A stretch of 64,000 nt of DNA from Methanobrevibacter sp. (GTDB taxonomy: Archaea; Methanobacteriota; Methanobacteria; Methanobacteriales; Methanobacteriaceae). Positions 25,259-36,539 of the stretch are shown here, piece after piece (within the stretch, counting starts at the first letter, position 1; each line of letters starts with the position of its first letter). The translations under genes were made by a program, and so were the position numbers. Below the pieces are notes generated by a model that was not told the DNA's origin, ran no database searches, and worked only from the letters and a program-made list of their open reading frames with translations. The stretch is taken from NCBI RefSeq assembly GCF_051877095.1, contig NZ_JBJEIO010000009.1:47874-111873 (forward strand), read 5' to 3'.

Positions 25259-25935
25259 GTTTTATTTCAAGATTATTTGGCAATAATGATGATGAATTCC
25301 AAGAAGTTAGAGTTGATAAGGAAGTTTTAGATTCTGTAATCTATTATTCAAAACAGGCTTATCCCAATGAATTTCTAGCATTTTTTGATGGTAAAATTAG
25401 AAATAAAATATTGTACATTACTAGTTTGATATTTATCCCAGGTGAAACTTGCGAAACTGGAGCAGTAGTTCATACTGAAATTCTTCCAATGAACACAAAA
25501 TACTTTGGATCAGTTCATTCTCATCCCGGACCAAGTGCGAGTCCATCCAGTGCTGATTTAATGACTTTTTCTAAAAATGGATATTTTCATATGATTGTAT
25601 GTTTACCTTATTCTTATGAAACATTCAGAGCATATGATGGGCATGGAAACCCTATTGAATACAGTGTTGGTGATTATAGTTATTTAATTAATGAGGATAT
25701 TGAGGGATTCTTTGATGAAGAGGATGTATTAACTGATAATGATGAGTTTCATCCTGGATTCTTTGATGAAGATGATGATGAATTTTTCCAAAATATTGAT
25801 GAAGAAAAAGTTAATCAGTATGATGAATTTGAGAAAAGAAATCAAACAAATGATAATCTGCAAAATAATATAATAAGAATAGAATTATATGAAGATGGTA
25901 GTGTCAAAAAAATTTCAAGAGAACCCAAAGACTAA
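25255..25935 (+). CDS. JAB/MPN (JAMM) metalloprotease with acidic C-terminal tail
   Basis: YPNEF...GSVHSHPGPSASPSSAD intact JAMM motif. Confidence 0.92.
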   Translation: MSFISRLFGNNDDEFQEVRVDKEVLDSVIYYSKQAYPNEFLAFFDGKIRNKILYITSLIFIPGETCETGAVVHTEILPMNTKYFGSVHSHPGPSASPSSADLMTFSKNGYFHMIVCLPYSYETFRAYDGHGNPIEYSVGDYSYLINEDIEGFFDEEDVLTDNDEFHPGFFDEDDDEFFQNIDEEKVNQYDEFEKRNQTNDNLQNNIIRIELYEDGSVKKISREPKD

Positions 25936-26014
25936 TTTTTTTTTTTAAATGGCAGGTTATTTTTTAGAAAATTTTAATAAAAAAATAAAAAACAATTATG
26001 GTGAAAATTGTTTT

Positions 26015-27589
26015 TTATAATTCAATTCCAGTAGCTTCATATATGTTATCTAAAGCTTGGAGTTCACTAATTACTTCTTTTGGAACTTCTTTATCTAAAG
26101 TTAAAACCATGATGGCTTTTCCACCTTTTTCATCTCTTCCAACTTGCATAATTCCAATATTTATATTATGTTCACCTAATTTGGTGCCAATTTTACCAAT
26201 ACTTCCAGGAACATCTTCATATTTAGCAATGAACATATGTCCTTTAGGAATAACGTCAACCCAATAATCATTTACTTTTAAAATTCTGGATTCATGTAAT
26301 TGAGTTCCTTCGACGGTGAAAGTTTCAGTTCCGTTTTTAGCAATAACTTTAATTAAGGAGTCATATCCTTTGGAGTTATTATTTCTACCTTCAGTGATGC
26401 TAATTCCTCTGTCTTTAGCAACTAATGCAGCATTAACTGTATTTACTGGGGAGCTTAAGAATGGGTTTACAACACCTTGAATAACAGTTCTGGATAATAT
26501 TTCGAGGTTATCAATTTCAGAAAGTTCTCCACTATAAATAATTTCGATTTCTTTAACTTTTCCGTTAATTCCTTGAGATACGAAACTACCTAATTTTTCA
26601 CATAATTCCATGTATTGAGCTAATTCATTGTAAGTATTTTTATCGATACGAGGAAGGTTTAATACATTTTTAGGAGTGTTTCCTTTTGCTAAATCAATAA
26701 TTTCATCAGCTACAATAATAGCTGCATCTCTTTGAGCTTCTTTAGTTGAAGCAGCAATGTGAGGAGTTAAAACAATGTTGTCAAGTTCAAATAATTTTGA
26801 ATCTTCAGCAGGTGGTTCTTCTTCATATACATCAAGAGCTGCACCACCGATTTTATCATTAATTAATGCATCGTATAAAGCGTCTTCATCAATGATTCCA
26901 CCACGAGCACAATTTACGATAAACGCAGTATCTTTCATTATTTCAAATTGTTCTGTGGAAATTGAGTGTTTGGTTTCAGGGGTGAGTGGTACATGAATTG
27001 TGATAAAGTCTGCATTTTTAAGAACAGTTTCTAAATCAGTTAATTTTACACACATTTGTTTTGCAACTTCTTCTGGTAAATATGGATCGTATGCCATTGC
27101 ATCCATTCCAAATGCTTTGCATCTGTTTACTACTTGAGATCCAATTCTTCCCATTCCGATTACACCGAGGGTTTTGTTTCTAAGTTCTACACCCATGAAT
27201 TTTTTCTTTTCCCATTTTCCTTCTTTAACAGATTTATCAGCAATGGAGATTTTACGTGCCATACTTAAAATTAATCCCATAGTATGTTCAGCTACAGTAA
27301 CTGAAGTTGATTCTGGGGAATTTACAACCATAATACCTTTTTCAGTTGCAGCATTGAGGTCTATGTTGTCTACTCCAACACCTGCTCTTGCGATAATTTG
27401 TAAATTGTCTGCTTTTTCGATAATATCTGCAGTTAATTTTGTACGACTTCTTACTACAATTCCATTGTATTCATGAATGGTATTTGCTAATTCTTCAGGA
27501 GTAATGCTAGTGTCAACGACAACATCAGCAACTTCTTTCAAATTTTCAATACCCTTTTCGTTAATAGCATCAGCGATAAGTACTTTCAT
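26015..27589 (-). CDS. serA: D-3-phosphoglycerate dehydrogenase
   Basis: [37 protein letters not shown]-terminal ACT domain [10 protein letters not shown]. Confidence 0.97.
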   Translation of the reverse strand: MKVLIADAINEKGIENLKEVADVVVDTSITPEELANTIHEYNGIVVRSRTKLTADIIEKADNLQIIARAGVGVDNIDLNAATEKGIMVVNSPESTSVTVAEHTMGLILSMARKISIADKSVKEGKWEKKKFMGVELRNKTLGVIGMGRIGSQVVNRCKAFGMDAMAYDPYLPEEVAKQMCVKLTDLETVLKNADFITIHVPLTPETKHSISTEQFEIMKDTAFIVNCARGGIIDEDALYDALINDKIGGAALDVYEEEPPAEDSKLFELDNIVLTPHIAASTKEAQRDAAIIVADEIIDLAKGNTPKNVLNLPRIDKNTYNELAQYMELCEKLGSFVSQGINGKVKEIEIIYSGELSEIDNLEILSRTVIQGVVNPFLSSPVNTVNAALVAKDRGISITEGRNNNSKGYDSLIKVIAKNGTETFTVEGTQLHESRILKVNDYWVDVIPKGHMFIAKYEDVPGSIGKIGTKLGEHNINIGIMQVGRDEKGGKAIMVLTLDKEVPKEVISELQALDNIYEATGIEL

Positions 27590-27758
27590 TTTTTTCACCA
27601 TAATTTAATAAATATTCATTAATAAATTATGTATTTTATATTATTTAAAAGGTTTCAATTTTCCAATTGATAGTCTATTATTTTTTAAAATAAACATTTT
27701 TTGTTTATAAAAAATTATATATGTATTTGACGAGTAACATAGTTATAATGGTGATATT

Positions 27759-28097
27759 ATGGTAAAAATTGAAGATTTCCCAATGTCAAGTGCAAATTAT
27801 ATTTCAGGTTATAAGGTTGTTGAATGTAAAGGGTTTGTGTATGGATTAACAGTACGTGCAAGAGGTCTCGGTGGAGATATAGGTGCTAGTCTCAAAGGAC
27901 TTCTTGGTGGGGAAGTTAAACAGTATGTTAAAATGATGGAAGAGTCAAGAGAGGAATCAATTGATAGATGCATTGAACATGCAAAAGAATTAGGAGCAAA
28001 TGCTATTATTTCTGTTAGAATGGATTCTGATAGTATTTCTGAAAATATGCAAGAAGTTTTAACATATGGAACTGCAGTTGTAATTGAAAAAGAATAG
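27759..28097 (+). CDS. YbjQ/UPF0145 family protein
   Basis: GLTVRARGLGGDIGASLKGLLGGE...LGANAII...YGTAV. Confidence 0.93.
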   Translation: MVKIEDFPMSSANYISGYKVVECKGFVYGLTVRARGLGGDIGASLKGLLGGEVKQYVKMMEESREESIDRCIEHAKELGANAIISVRMDSDSISENMQEVLTYGTAVVIEKE

Positions 28098-28900
28098 TGT
28101 TTTTAATGTTTTTTGATGAATTACTTCATAAAGATAAAATAATCCCAAAAACAATTCTTGGATATTCTCCATTTGTGGCTGAACCATTTTTGGGGCATAG
28201 ATCAATGTTATATAAAAGGGATTTGTATGATAATCCCCAAGCTATTGCTGAGGTTATTGTAGAATCTTATAATCAAGGGGTTAGAGCCATTAATCTTTTC
28301 AATGATGCTCAATTGTTAAAAGCTTATGATATTGCATGTGAGCAAGGTTGTGAGATGAAAGTAATAGCAACTATAGGTAAAAGTGATGTTGATTATTTAA
28401 ATCCAAATTATGAAATTGCAAAGGAGGCAGATTGGGAAGGAGACATTGATTTATTCAGTAATTATGATTGTCCATTGATGTTAGTTGATGAATTTATTGT
28501 TGATGCATATGACTGGAGATTAACCTCAAAGATCTTGTCAAGTATTAATGACACAGATTCTATTTCAGGATTGATTACTTCATTTCCACTTAGAACAACA
28601 GAGTTAATTCCTGAAAATTTGGAGATGGATTTATTTGACTTTTATATGGTTCCCTTTAATGCTATTTCTTATATGATGGATATAACTGCATTTAATGTAG
28701 CTCAAAGGGAAGAATTTAAGCAAAAATTAATTAGTTTAAATAAAAAAGTAATTGCTTCTAGGATTTTAGCATGTGGTGTTTTAAAACCTAAAGAAGCATT
28801 TGAATTCTATAAAAAAATAGATTATATTGATTTAATTTCAATTGGTGTGGCTAAGGTTGAAGAAGCTCGTGAAGATTTTACTCTTTTAAAAGAATACTAA
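28097..28900 (+). CDS. Conserved hypothetical protein, possible TIM-barrel (aldo/keto-reductase-like); likely start 28106
   Basis: ILGYSPF, GVRAI, YMVPFN, KVIASRILACG resemble AKR-like segments; function not assignable. Confidence 0.7.
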   Translation: MFLMFFDELLHKDKIIPKTILGYSPFVAEPFLGHRSMLYKRDLYDNPQAIAEVIVESYNQGVRAINLFNDAQLLKAYDIACEQGCEMKVIATIGKSDVDYLNPNYEIAKEADWEGDIDLFSNYDCPLMLVDEFIVDAYDWRLTSKILSSINDTDSISGLITSFPLRTTELIPENLEMDLFDFYMVPFNAISYMMDITAFNVAQREEFKQKLISLNKKVIASRILACGVLKPKEAFEFYKKIDYIDLISIGVAKVEEAREDFTLLKEY

Positions 28901-29283
28901 AATTTAACAATTTCGTATTCTTCAAAAGGAACGAGGTTTTCTTCTTCAAGTGATTTATTTAAATCAGCTAAACCATTGATTAAATCTTTTATATTTTTGT
29001 TAGATGGTTTTTTACCTGTGATTTGTAAATATTGTCTTGGTGAAATTTCGCAATGTTCACATTCAAAATTACAGCACCTATCTTTTTCTTCACAGCCATA
29101 ACCTTCTTGTGCTTCATCAGTTCCAATTACAATATCATCTAGTATTTTTGAAACTCTATCATCTGATGCAAACATGGCTATTTTTTGGGTTTTACCACAA
29201 ATTCCAATAGCTGTTTGTCCTTTAAAGTTGCATACCCATTTTATTGGATGATTTTCCATATCAGTAATTTGTAAATTTTCCAT
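28897..29283 (-). CDS. Hypothetical Cys-rich protein
   Basis: 128-aa ORF with GCEEKDRCCNFECEHC; 10 bp downstream of the regulator. Confidence 0.7.
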   Translation of the reverse strand: MENLQITDMENHPIKWVCNFKGQTAIGICGKTQKIAMFASDDRVSKILDDIVIGTDEAQEGYGCEEKDRCCNFECEHCEISPRQYLQITGKKPSNKNIKDLINGLADLNKSLEEENLVPFEEYEIVKF

Positions 29284-29292
29284 ATAATCACG

Positions 29293-30225
29293 CTAACTGT
29301 CTTTTCTTTCTCTAATCATTTTTAATAACTCTTTTGGGTTTTCAAATTCTTTTAACTCCCAGGATTTAATAACTGGGATTGTACCAATAGATTCTTTAAT
29401 TTTATCGTTATTTATTATAAAAACAGGTTCTGATGTTGTAACTAATGATAAATCTTTTAGAGGAATTGCCATTCTTTTCAATGTTTTTTCACTTCTATTT
29501 TTTTCAACATTTGCCATTAATGGTGAATGTTTATCTGAAGTTTTCATTTTTGCAACGGCATCAAATGGACTTTTATTAGTTGATAAAACACCATAACCTA
29601 ACTTTGATAAGTCATTAACATCATCACTATATTCAATATTGTCTTTTTTAGGTTGCTTTAATAAATCAATATCTAGAGTAACTTTTGTATTCAATATTTC
29701 TTCTAAAATCATTGCAGTTTCAGTATTTGCACGAACAATACCATTTTCGTATTTGTACATTGTTGCTCGAGATACATGTGCAAGACTTGCTAAATCTTTA
29801 AGGGACATTGAATATTCTTCACGATATTGTTTTATAACATTACCATCAATTTTAACAAAATAACCACCACGATCTGCTAAAATTTCAGGAAATTCATTGT
29901 ATAAAATCATGTTTTTAAAAGTATCAAATCCTATTGTTGGAATATCATATCTCTCATAAATTACTCCTTCTTCAAGAATACCATTTCTTGATTTTTCTCC
30001 AATAATTATTGGAGAAGCAAAGAATATATTTGCTAATTGCTTCATTTCATGAGCGTTCTGTTCGTTAATACTATCAATATTTAAAAATGTTTTTAAAAGC
30101 AAAATTAACAAGTTTTTTCTTGCTACAAGATCAAATGACCCTTGTTCATATATATCTGAAGTTTTAAAACCCTGTGATTTTAATAATTTTTCAGTTTGTT
30201 GTAACAAGTTTCCTCTAGTTAACAT
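29293..30225 (-). CDS. Archaeal HTH transcriptional regulator (COG1395-type)
   Basis: SFDLVARK N-terminus; central cro-like HTH SLKDLASLAHVSRATMYKYENG; PFDAVAK. Confidence 0.88.
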   Translation of the reverse strand: MLTRGNLLQQTEKLLKSQGFKTSDIYEQGSFDLVARKNLLILLLKTFLNIDSINEQNAHEMKQLANIFFASPIIIGEKSRNGILEEGVIYERYDIPTIGFDTFKNMILYNEFPEILADRGGYFVKIDGNVIKQYREEYSMSLKDLASLAHVSRATMYKYENGIVRANTETAMILEEILNTKVTLDIDLLKQPKKDNIEYSDDVNDLSKLGYGVLSTNKSPFDAVAKMKTSDKHSPLMANVEKNRSEKTLKRMAIPLKDLSLVTTSEPVFIINNDKIKESIGTIPVIKSWELKEFENPKELLKMIRERKDS

Positions 30226-30284
30226 AGTGATTCCTCTGTTTAAACTATATATTGTTTTAACTCTAATATATTTGTATATTTAAG

Positions 30285-31553
30285 GTGATTATAATTAATA
30301 TTTTACATATTGGAATAGATGATACAGACTCCCCTGATGGGATGTGTACTACATATTTAGCAAGTCAAATTATTAATAAATTTGAGGAAAATGGAATTAA
30401 ACTAGTTGATTATCCACGTTTGATAAGGTTAAATCCTTTTGCTCGTTTTAAAACTCGTGGAAATGGTGGAGTTAGTTTAAGGATTCCAAATGACAATAAT
30501 GTGAATTTAGCCAAAAAAATTGTTTTAGATGAAGTTGAAAAATTATCCATGTTTGATTGTGATAATACAAATCCTGGAGTAATTTTCTATGATGGGGAAA
30601 TTACAAAGGAAATGGAAGATTATGCATTTAAGGCAATTTATGAATTTATTACAATTGAGGAAGCTGAGGAGTTTGGTCGCTCTATTGAATGTGAAATTCA
30701 TAAATTTAAAAAAGGAAGAGGAATTATTGGCTCCATTGCAGCTATTAGTCTACCTTTAAAAGATTATACTTTTGAATTATTAGCTTATCGTGCATCTGAG
30801 AATTATGGAACCAAAAGGCAAATTGATTATGAATCTGTTTATGAAATGGATAAGCAAACATTTCCAGATACTTTTGAAAACATTGACTATTCAGAAGATT
30901 ATATTGCAATTGAACCTAAAACACCTTGCCCTGTATTATATGGGATTAGATCAAACACTGTTGAGTCACTCATAAAGGCGAAAAATATAGTTAAAGTTTC
31001 AGAACCTATTGTGGATTGGTGTATTTTTAAAACAAATCAACATACTGATATGCATATCCAAAAAGCAGATAATATTTCATCTATGAAACAATTTGGATGT
31101 TATGAAGTCATAGGGGAAGTTAAAAATAAACCAACAATAATCGATGGGGGTCATATGTTCTTTTATATCTTTGATGAAACTGGTGAGATTGAATGTGGTG
31201 CTTATGAACCAACTAAAAATTTTAGAAAAGTAGTTTCTAATCTACGTCCCGGTGATATCATAAAAGTTTATGGGGGAATTGGAAAACAGAATACATTTAA
31301 TATTGAGAAGTTTCAAGTTATCAAATTAAATGATATCGAATATAAAAATCCAATCTGTGAATGTGGAAAAAGAATGACTTCTGCTGGTAAAAATAAGGGA
31401 TTTAAATGCAAAAAATGTGGTAATAAAATTCAGTCAAATAAAAAAGTTCCTATTAATATACCTCGTTTTTTAAAAAATGCTCAATTTTATGAAACACCCG
31501 TTTCAGCAAGAAGACATCTTTCAAAACCTCTTTGTAGAATGGATTTTAATTAA
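30285..31553 (+). CDS. tiaS: tRNA(Ile2) 2-agmatinylcytidine synthetase
   Basis: IGIDDTDS..GMCTT, RLIRLNP, KTRGNG, GRGIIG, TNQHTD, OB fold, Zn ribbon CECGKRM...CKKC. Confidence 0.96.
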   Translation: MIIINILHIGIDDTDSPDGMCTTYLASQIINKFEENGIKLVDYPRLIRLNPFARFKTRGNGGVSLRIPNDNNVNLAKKIVLDEVEKLSMFDCDNTNPGVIFYDGEITKEMEDYAFKAIYEFITIEEAEEFGRSIECEIHKFKKGRGIIGSIAAISLPLKDYTFELLAYRASENYGTKRQIDYESVYEMDKQTFPDTFENIDYSEDYIAIEPKTPCPVLYGIRSNTVESLIKAKNIVKVSEPIVDWCIFKTNQHTDMHIQKADNISSMKQFGCYEVIGEVKNKPTIIDGGHMFFYIFDETGEIECGAYEPTKNFRKVVSNLRPGDIIKVYGGIGKQNTFNIEKFQVIKLNDIEYKNPICECGKRMTSAGKNKGFKCKKCGNKIQSNKKVPINIPRFLKNAQFYETPVSARRHLSKPLCRMDFN

Positions 31554-31752
31554 ATAATGGTGGTGCTTTCTTATAAATGGTATTAATGGATTATAATATT
31601 TTTTATTTAATTCACTTTTAGTGAAATAATTAAGTGTTTTCCATTAGTTTTATTCTATTTTTTAGAACTCTTGAAAAATATTTCCTATTAATTTATATAT
31701 GATAATTTTAAGAGTATAATTTAAGTTTAAAAGTATACTTTGTTTTTAGGGG

Positions 31753-32649
31753 TTGGCAATAATATCAGAGAAAGATAATAACGTGGAAGATATTAAGCAT
31801 ATCTATCGTGATAAGACAGATAGGCGTATTTTAAAGAAGAATCCATGGAAGGATTATGGGTTGCACTTTAGTGTGTTATTTTTAGTTATCATTGCTGAAT
31901 TTATTGGGCCACAGAAAATTACTATATCTGATGGGGTATCCGTTTCAATAATGCCTTTATTATATACAATGATTTTAGGTTTGGTATTTTATTTAGCAAA
32001 GCCTATTTTTTGGATTCAAAGAAAACAATCTAGAGTTGCTGAAGGAGCAATGATGCTATTTATTGGAGTTTTAATTGCAAAATTAGCAGTTTCCAGTGGT
32101 CAATCCATTCATTTAATTTTTGAAATGGGTCCAGCTTTAATATTACAAGAATTAGGACATTTGGCTACAATTTTAATTGCACTTCCGGTTGCATTATTAC
32201 TTGGATTTAAAAGAGAATCTATTGGTATGACTTCATCTATTGGTCGTGAACCGGAAGTTGCAGTCATTGTTGATAAATATGGATTTAATTCACCTGAATC
32301 AAGAGGTATTTTTGCACTTTTTATTGTTGGAACAATTATTGGAACAGTATTCATTAGTTTTTTAACTAGTATTTGTGTTTCAATCATACCATTACATCCA
32401 TATGCATTTGCTATGGCTTGTGGTGTGGGTAGTGCAAGTATGAATGCTGCTTCACTAGCTCCAACTATTGCAGCATTTCCACAATTAGCAACACAAATTG
32501 AAGCATTTGCAGGATTTAGTAATTTGCTTTCTTTCTCTATTGGTATTTATATTATAATGTTTATTGCGATTCCTTTAACAGAAAAATTATATGCTATTTT
32601 AGAGCCTAGAATCGGAAGAGAACATGTTGTAGAAAAGGAGGAGGAATAA
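31753..32649 (+). CDS. DUF3100 family membrane transporter subunit
   Basis: IAEFIG, LQELGHLATI, ESIGMTSSIGREP, MACGVGSASM; TTG start. Confidence 0.85.
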   Translation: MAIISEKDNNVEDIKHIYRDKTDRRILKKNPWKDYGLHFSVLFLVIIAEFIGPQKITISDGVSVSIMPLLYTMILGLVFYLAKPIFWIQRKQSRVAEGAMMLFIGVLIAKLAVSSGQSIHLIFEMGPALILQELGHLATILIALPVALLLGFKRESIGMTSSIGREPEVAVIVDKYGFNSPESRGIFALFIVGTIIGTVFISFLTSICVSIIPLHPYAFAMACGVGSASMNAASLAPTIAAFPQLATQIEAFAGFSNLLSFSIGIYIIMFIAIPLTEKLYAILEPRIGREHVVEKEEE

Positions 32650-33138
32650 ATGGTTGATATTATTGATGAATCAGAAAACATATCTGTTCATGGTATTTTG
32701 AACTGGGTTTTACTTTTAACTATATTTTCAATTATTACTGTCATTGGAAATTATATTGGATATCATCATCCTATTGGTGATTCATTAATTGGTATGTTTA
32801 TATTATCATTAATTACTCTCATTGGTGTTTGGATGGAGAGATATTTACCATTAGATATTTCCTCAATTATCTATATCAGTATAATAGGTATTGTTCTTGC
32901 ATTTCCTGGAATGCCTACATCTGAAATTTTGCTTTACTATGTTTCTAAAGTTGAATTAATATCTATCGTTACTGTATTTTTAGCATATGTAGGTATTGGT
33001 ATGGGTAAAAGTTGGGATGAATTTAAAGCATTAGGTTCAAGAGCAGTTATTATTACAATTCTTGTTATTGCATCTACATATTTAGGTTCAGCATTTGTAG
33101 CACATATTATATTAGTGTTAACAGGTGTTCCAATTTAA
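32650..33138 (+). CDS. Small membrane partner of DUF3100
   Basis: About 5 TM helices; VFLAYVGIGMG...ASTYLGSA; abuts the DUF3100 gene. Confidence 0.8.
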   Translation: MVDIIDESENISVHGILNWVLLLTIFSIITVIGNYIGYHHPIGDSLIGMFILSLITLIGVWMERYLPLDISSIIYISIIGIVLAFPGMPTSEILLYYVSKVELISIVTVFLAYVGIGMGKSWDEFKALGSRAVIITILVIASTYLGSAFVAHIILVLTGVPI

Positions 33139-33286
33139 ACTTTTTTTATATTAACATTCTATTGTTAAATGGATTAAATGTATAAATCTGATGTTTTTAT
33201 TATATGTGGAAGCTATTTTTTCATGTTAAAATCATAACTTATCTATTTTAATACTACTTTTTACATATATTTATGATAGGTGTTTT

Positions 33287-34696
33287 ATGTTTTTACGAAA
33301 TATTTCTAAATTTATATCAAACTATCGCTATGAGCAAGCAACTGTGGAGTCACTAACTACTGTAAAAGCTGCTTTTTTAGATTTTTTTGGAGTAACATAT
33401 AGAGGGATGAGTGAAGAAGCACCAATTATTGCTTTAAATACTATTGGGGAGATATTTCAAGCAAAATTTGATTCAAATTTAACTGCATCTATCATTGGTC
33501 AGGACTTTAAAACAGATATTTTAAGCGTTGCTTTTGTGAATGGTATTGCTGCACATGTATTGGAGTTGGATGATGGTCATAGAGGTGCTCAGCTTCATTT
33601 AGGTGCTATAATATTTCCAACTGCTCTTGCAATTTCAGAAGCTTATGATTTGACTGGTAAGGAATTTTTAGAAGGGGTTATTGTAGGTTATGAAGTTGGA
33701 ATTTTACTTGGTCAACTTGTAAATCCTAAACATAGAAATAGGGGATTTCATACAACAGGGACAATTGGAACATTTATTTCTGGTGTGGTTGCTTCTAAAC
33801 TATTAAAACTTGATGAAGAACAAACTCTAAATGCATTAGGTTTATGTGGAACTCAAGCAGCAGGTCTCCTAGAATCTGATCATGGTGGATCTATGGGTAA
33901 GGTTCTTCATGTTGGTAAAGCAGCATATAATGGTATTTTATCAGCATATCTTGCAAGAAATGGTTTTACTGGTAGTGGAACTATTTTTGAAGGAGATGAA
34001 GGTTTTTTAAAAACAATGGTTTTAGATGATGATAATCAGGATATGGGGGAATTTTCATTCGAAAATGCATTAAAAAACATTGGGAAAGTGAGAGTTAGAG
34101 ATATTTACTTTAAAAAATATCCCTTCTGTAGACATTTGCATTCATCAATAGATACTGCACTGAAGCTTAAAGCAAGTATTGGTGATGAATATAATCACAT
34201 TCAAAATGTTGCGGTTAAAACATATGAAATCGCAGCTGAGCACAATAATTATCATCCTAAAAATATTGAGGAACTAAAACAGAGTCTTCCATATGCAATT
34301 GCTATTTCTCTTGTTGTTGGCGAGGTTAGTATTGATAAAATTAATCAGCTAATAGAATTTGGGCTTTTAGAGAATTATTCTACTGTTGATGATGTAAATG
34401 CTATTAAGAATATAGTAAATGGAATGGTCATTATATCAGATGATAAATTAAATGAGTTATATCCTGCTAAAAGGCCTTCAAATGTTATTATTAAGTTGGA
34501 TGATGTTTTCAGAAATGGAATTTTTCAAAATATCACATTCCTTCCAAAAGGAGATTTTGAAAATCCTCTACAATTAAGAGAGCTAATTGACAAATTTAAA
34601 GGGTTAAATCCTCATTATGACATTAAAAAGTTAACTATTATTGATTCTCTTGAAGATTATAATATGAGATATGTTGTTCGTAAGTTGAATGGGTAG
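33287..34696 (+). CDS. MmgE/PrpD family protein
   Basis: NGIAAHVLELDDGH, GFHTTGT, GKVLHVG, KKYPFCRHLH. Confidence 0.93.
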   Translation: MFLRNISKFISNYRYEQATVESLTTVKAAFLDFFGVTYRGMSEEAPIIALNTIGEIFQAKFDSNLTASIIGQDFKTDILSVAFVNGIAAHVLELDDGHRGAQLHLGAIIFPTALAISEAYDLTGKEFLEGVIVGYEVGILLGQLVNPKHRNRGFHTTGTIGTFISGVVASKLLKLDEEQTLNALGLCGTQAAGLLESDHGGSMGKVLHVGKAAYNGILSAYLARNGFTGSGTIFEGDEGFLKTMVLDDDNQDMGEFSFENALKNIGKVRVRDIYFKKYPFCRHLHSSIDTALKLKASIGDEYNHIQNVAVKTYEIAAEHNNYHPKNIEELKQSLPYAIAISLVVGEVSIDKINQLIEFGLLENYSTVDDVNAIKNIVNGMVIISDDKLNELYPAKRPSNVIIKLDDVFRNGIFQNITFLPKGDFENPLQLRELIDKFKGLNPHYDIKKLTIIDSLEDYNMRYVVRKLNG

Positions 34697-34701
34697 GTAA
34701 T

Positions 34702-35604
34702 ATGGAAAAGACAAAAGAATTCCTTAAAAAAATTGGTATAAATGAAGTTTTTGATGATTTTAAATCAGATAATCGTTTTGGTGATGGTGGACAGTATCGC
34801 TTTGAAGTTCCAGGAATCCAATCTCCAAAGACAATGGAAGCTCTACTAAAGGAATCAGTCAAACAGGACATTTTTATTCATAGGATAACTCAAACAAAAG
34901 GAATAATGATGTTGACTAATGAAGAGATTAAAGAAATGGTTGATTTAGCTATTGATTATGGATGTGAATTATTTTTGTCAGTAGGTCCAAGAGCAACCTA
35001 TGATACTTCTGCAACGGTTCACACTAAGGAAGGAAGTAGAATTGGGTATCGTCTTAGAGGTTATGATAATTTAGTTTATGCAATTGAAGATGTTAAAAGA
35101 GCTTGTAACTTGGGTGTTCGTGGGATATTATTATATGATGAAGGATTACTATGGGTATTAAATCAGATGAGAAATAATGGTGAACTCCCAGAGAATGTTC
35201 ATTTCAAATTATCTGCTCATGCAGGTCACTCTAATCCTGCTTCTGCAAAACTACTTGAAGCTCAAGGACTTAATTCACTTAATCCTGTAAGAGATTTACA
35301 AATTCCAATGATTGCAGCTATTAGAGATGCATGTGATATGGCAATTGATTTACATACTGAAAATCCTAAATCTACAGGTGGATTTATTAGACATTATGAA
35401 GTTCCGAAATTTATTAAGGTTGCATCTCCTGTTTATTTAAAAACTGGTGGTTCAGTTGCTACAACTCATAATTGGGATACAACAGAAAAAGAAGCAATAG
35501 CACGTATTAAACAAGTGGCATTAGTAAAAAGAATAATTAATGAATATTGTCCAGATGCAATTGCATCTCCGGTTAAATCTGAGGATTTATCTATTCCAGA
35601 GTGA
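34702..35604 (+). CDS. U32-peptidase-like TIM-barrel protein of unknown function
   Basis: YRFEVPGIQ, RITQTKG, GVRGILLYDEG, FKLSAHAGHSNP, SPVYLKTG. Confidence 0.65.
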   Translation: MEKTKEFLKKIGINEVFDDFKSDNRFGDGGQYRFEVPGIQSPKTMEALLKESVKQDIFIHRITQTKGIMMLTNEEIKEMVDLAIDYGCELFLSVGPRATYDTSATVHTKEGSRIGYRLRGYDNLVYAIEDVKRACNLGVRGILLYDEGLLWVLNQMRNNGELPENVHFKLSAHAGHSNPASAKLLEAQGLNSLNPVRDLQIPMIAAIRDACDMAIDLHTENPKSTGGFIRHYEVPKFIKVASPVYLKTGGSVATTHNWDTTEKEAIARIKQVALVKRIINEYCPDAIASPVKSEDLSIPE

Positions 35605-35608
35605 TTAT

Positions 35609-36481
35609 ATGGGTATTTTAGAAGATATTTCAAAAACAATAATTGATGCATCTACTACTCTTTCTCAGGATAAATTTCATGCATTAAAAAGAGCTATTTG
35701 TATGGAAGATAATGAGAATGCTGAATGGGTATTGAAGCAAATTTTAAAAAACTACGAGGTGGCTCAAGATATTAAGTTCCCATTATGTGATGATACAGGT
35801 ATTCCTCATGTAATTATTGAAATTGGTGAAGATAGAGAGATTTCAGGAAAATTAATAAATCAGATTCATAAGGGTATAGAATTAGGATTAAATAATCTTC
35901 CAGCAAGACCAATGGCAGTTATTGGGAATGAAATTCAAAGAATTGAGCAAAGTGAAGGTTTATTTGAAAGACCTGGAATGCTTCGCCCAGCATCTATATT
36001 AATAGATAATGTAAATGATGAATCCACATATAAAAGGGACATTTCTCCTGATACATTAAATGTTCATTTTTTGCTTGAGGGGGGAGGTCCAGAAATCAGA
36101 GCAAAAACACTTAGAGTTTATCATAAAAGATCTTTTGATAATGTAATTAACACAGCATGTGAATGGCTTGAAGAATCCCTAAAAATGTTAGGTTGTACTC
36201 CATCAATTCCATCAATTGGTATAGGTAGAACACATTATGAAGCAACTTCTCTTCTATTAAAATCAATTGCTTATGGAAATTTAGATAATCAAAATGAGTA
36301 TGAACAAAAGATAACTCAAAGATTGAATGAAACAGGTATTGGACCTATGGGATTTGGTGGAAAAACCACAGTTTTAGGTACTTACTTGAATATTGGAAAT
36401 CAAAGAGCAAGTGGAGTTAGAATAGTTTCAATCAGACCATCTTGTTTTGTTGAGCCAAGAGTGGCGACATTAAAATTGTGA
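35609..36481 (+). CDS. Fe-S hydro-lyase alpha subunit (fumarate hydratase/tartrate dehydratase family)
   Basis: PLCDDTG, GGGPE, LGCTP, IGPMGFGGKTT, PSCF: three candidate cluster Cys; ATG 35609 after the U32-like stop (ORF track starts earlier at 35540). Confidence 0.88.
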   Translation: MGILEDISKTIIDASTTLSQDKFHALKRAICMEDNENAEWVLKQILKNYEVAQDIKFPLCDDTGIPHVIIEIGEDREISGKLINQIHKGIELGLNNLPARPMAVIGNEIQRIEQSEGLFERPGMLRPASILIDNVNDESTYKRDISPDTLNVHFLLEGGGPEIRAKTLRVYHKRSFDNVINTACEWLEESLKMLGCTPSIPSIGIGRTHYEATSLLLKSIAYGNLDNQNEYEQKITQRLNETGIGPMGFGGKTTVLGTYLNIGNQRASGVRIVSIRPSCFVEPRVATLKL

Positions 36482-36539
36482 ATATTTATATATAATTTAA
36501 TATTACTTTTAATATAATTGATAAAATAGGTAACGTAAA

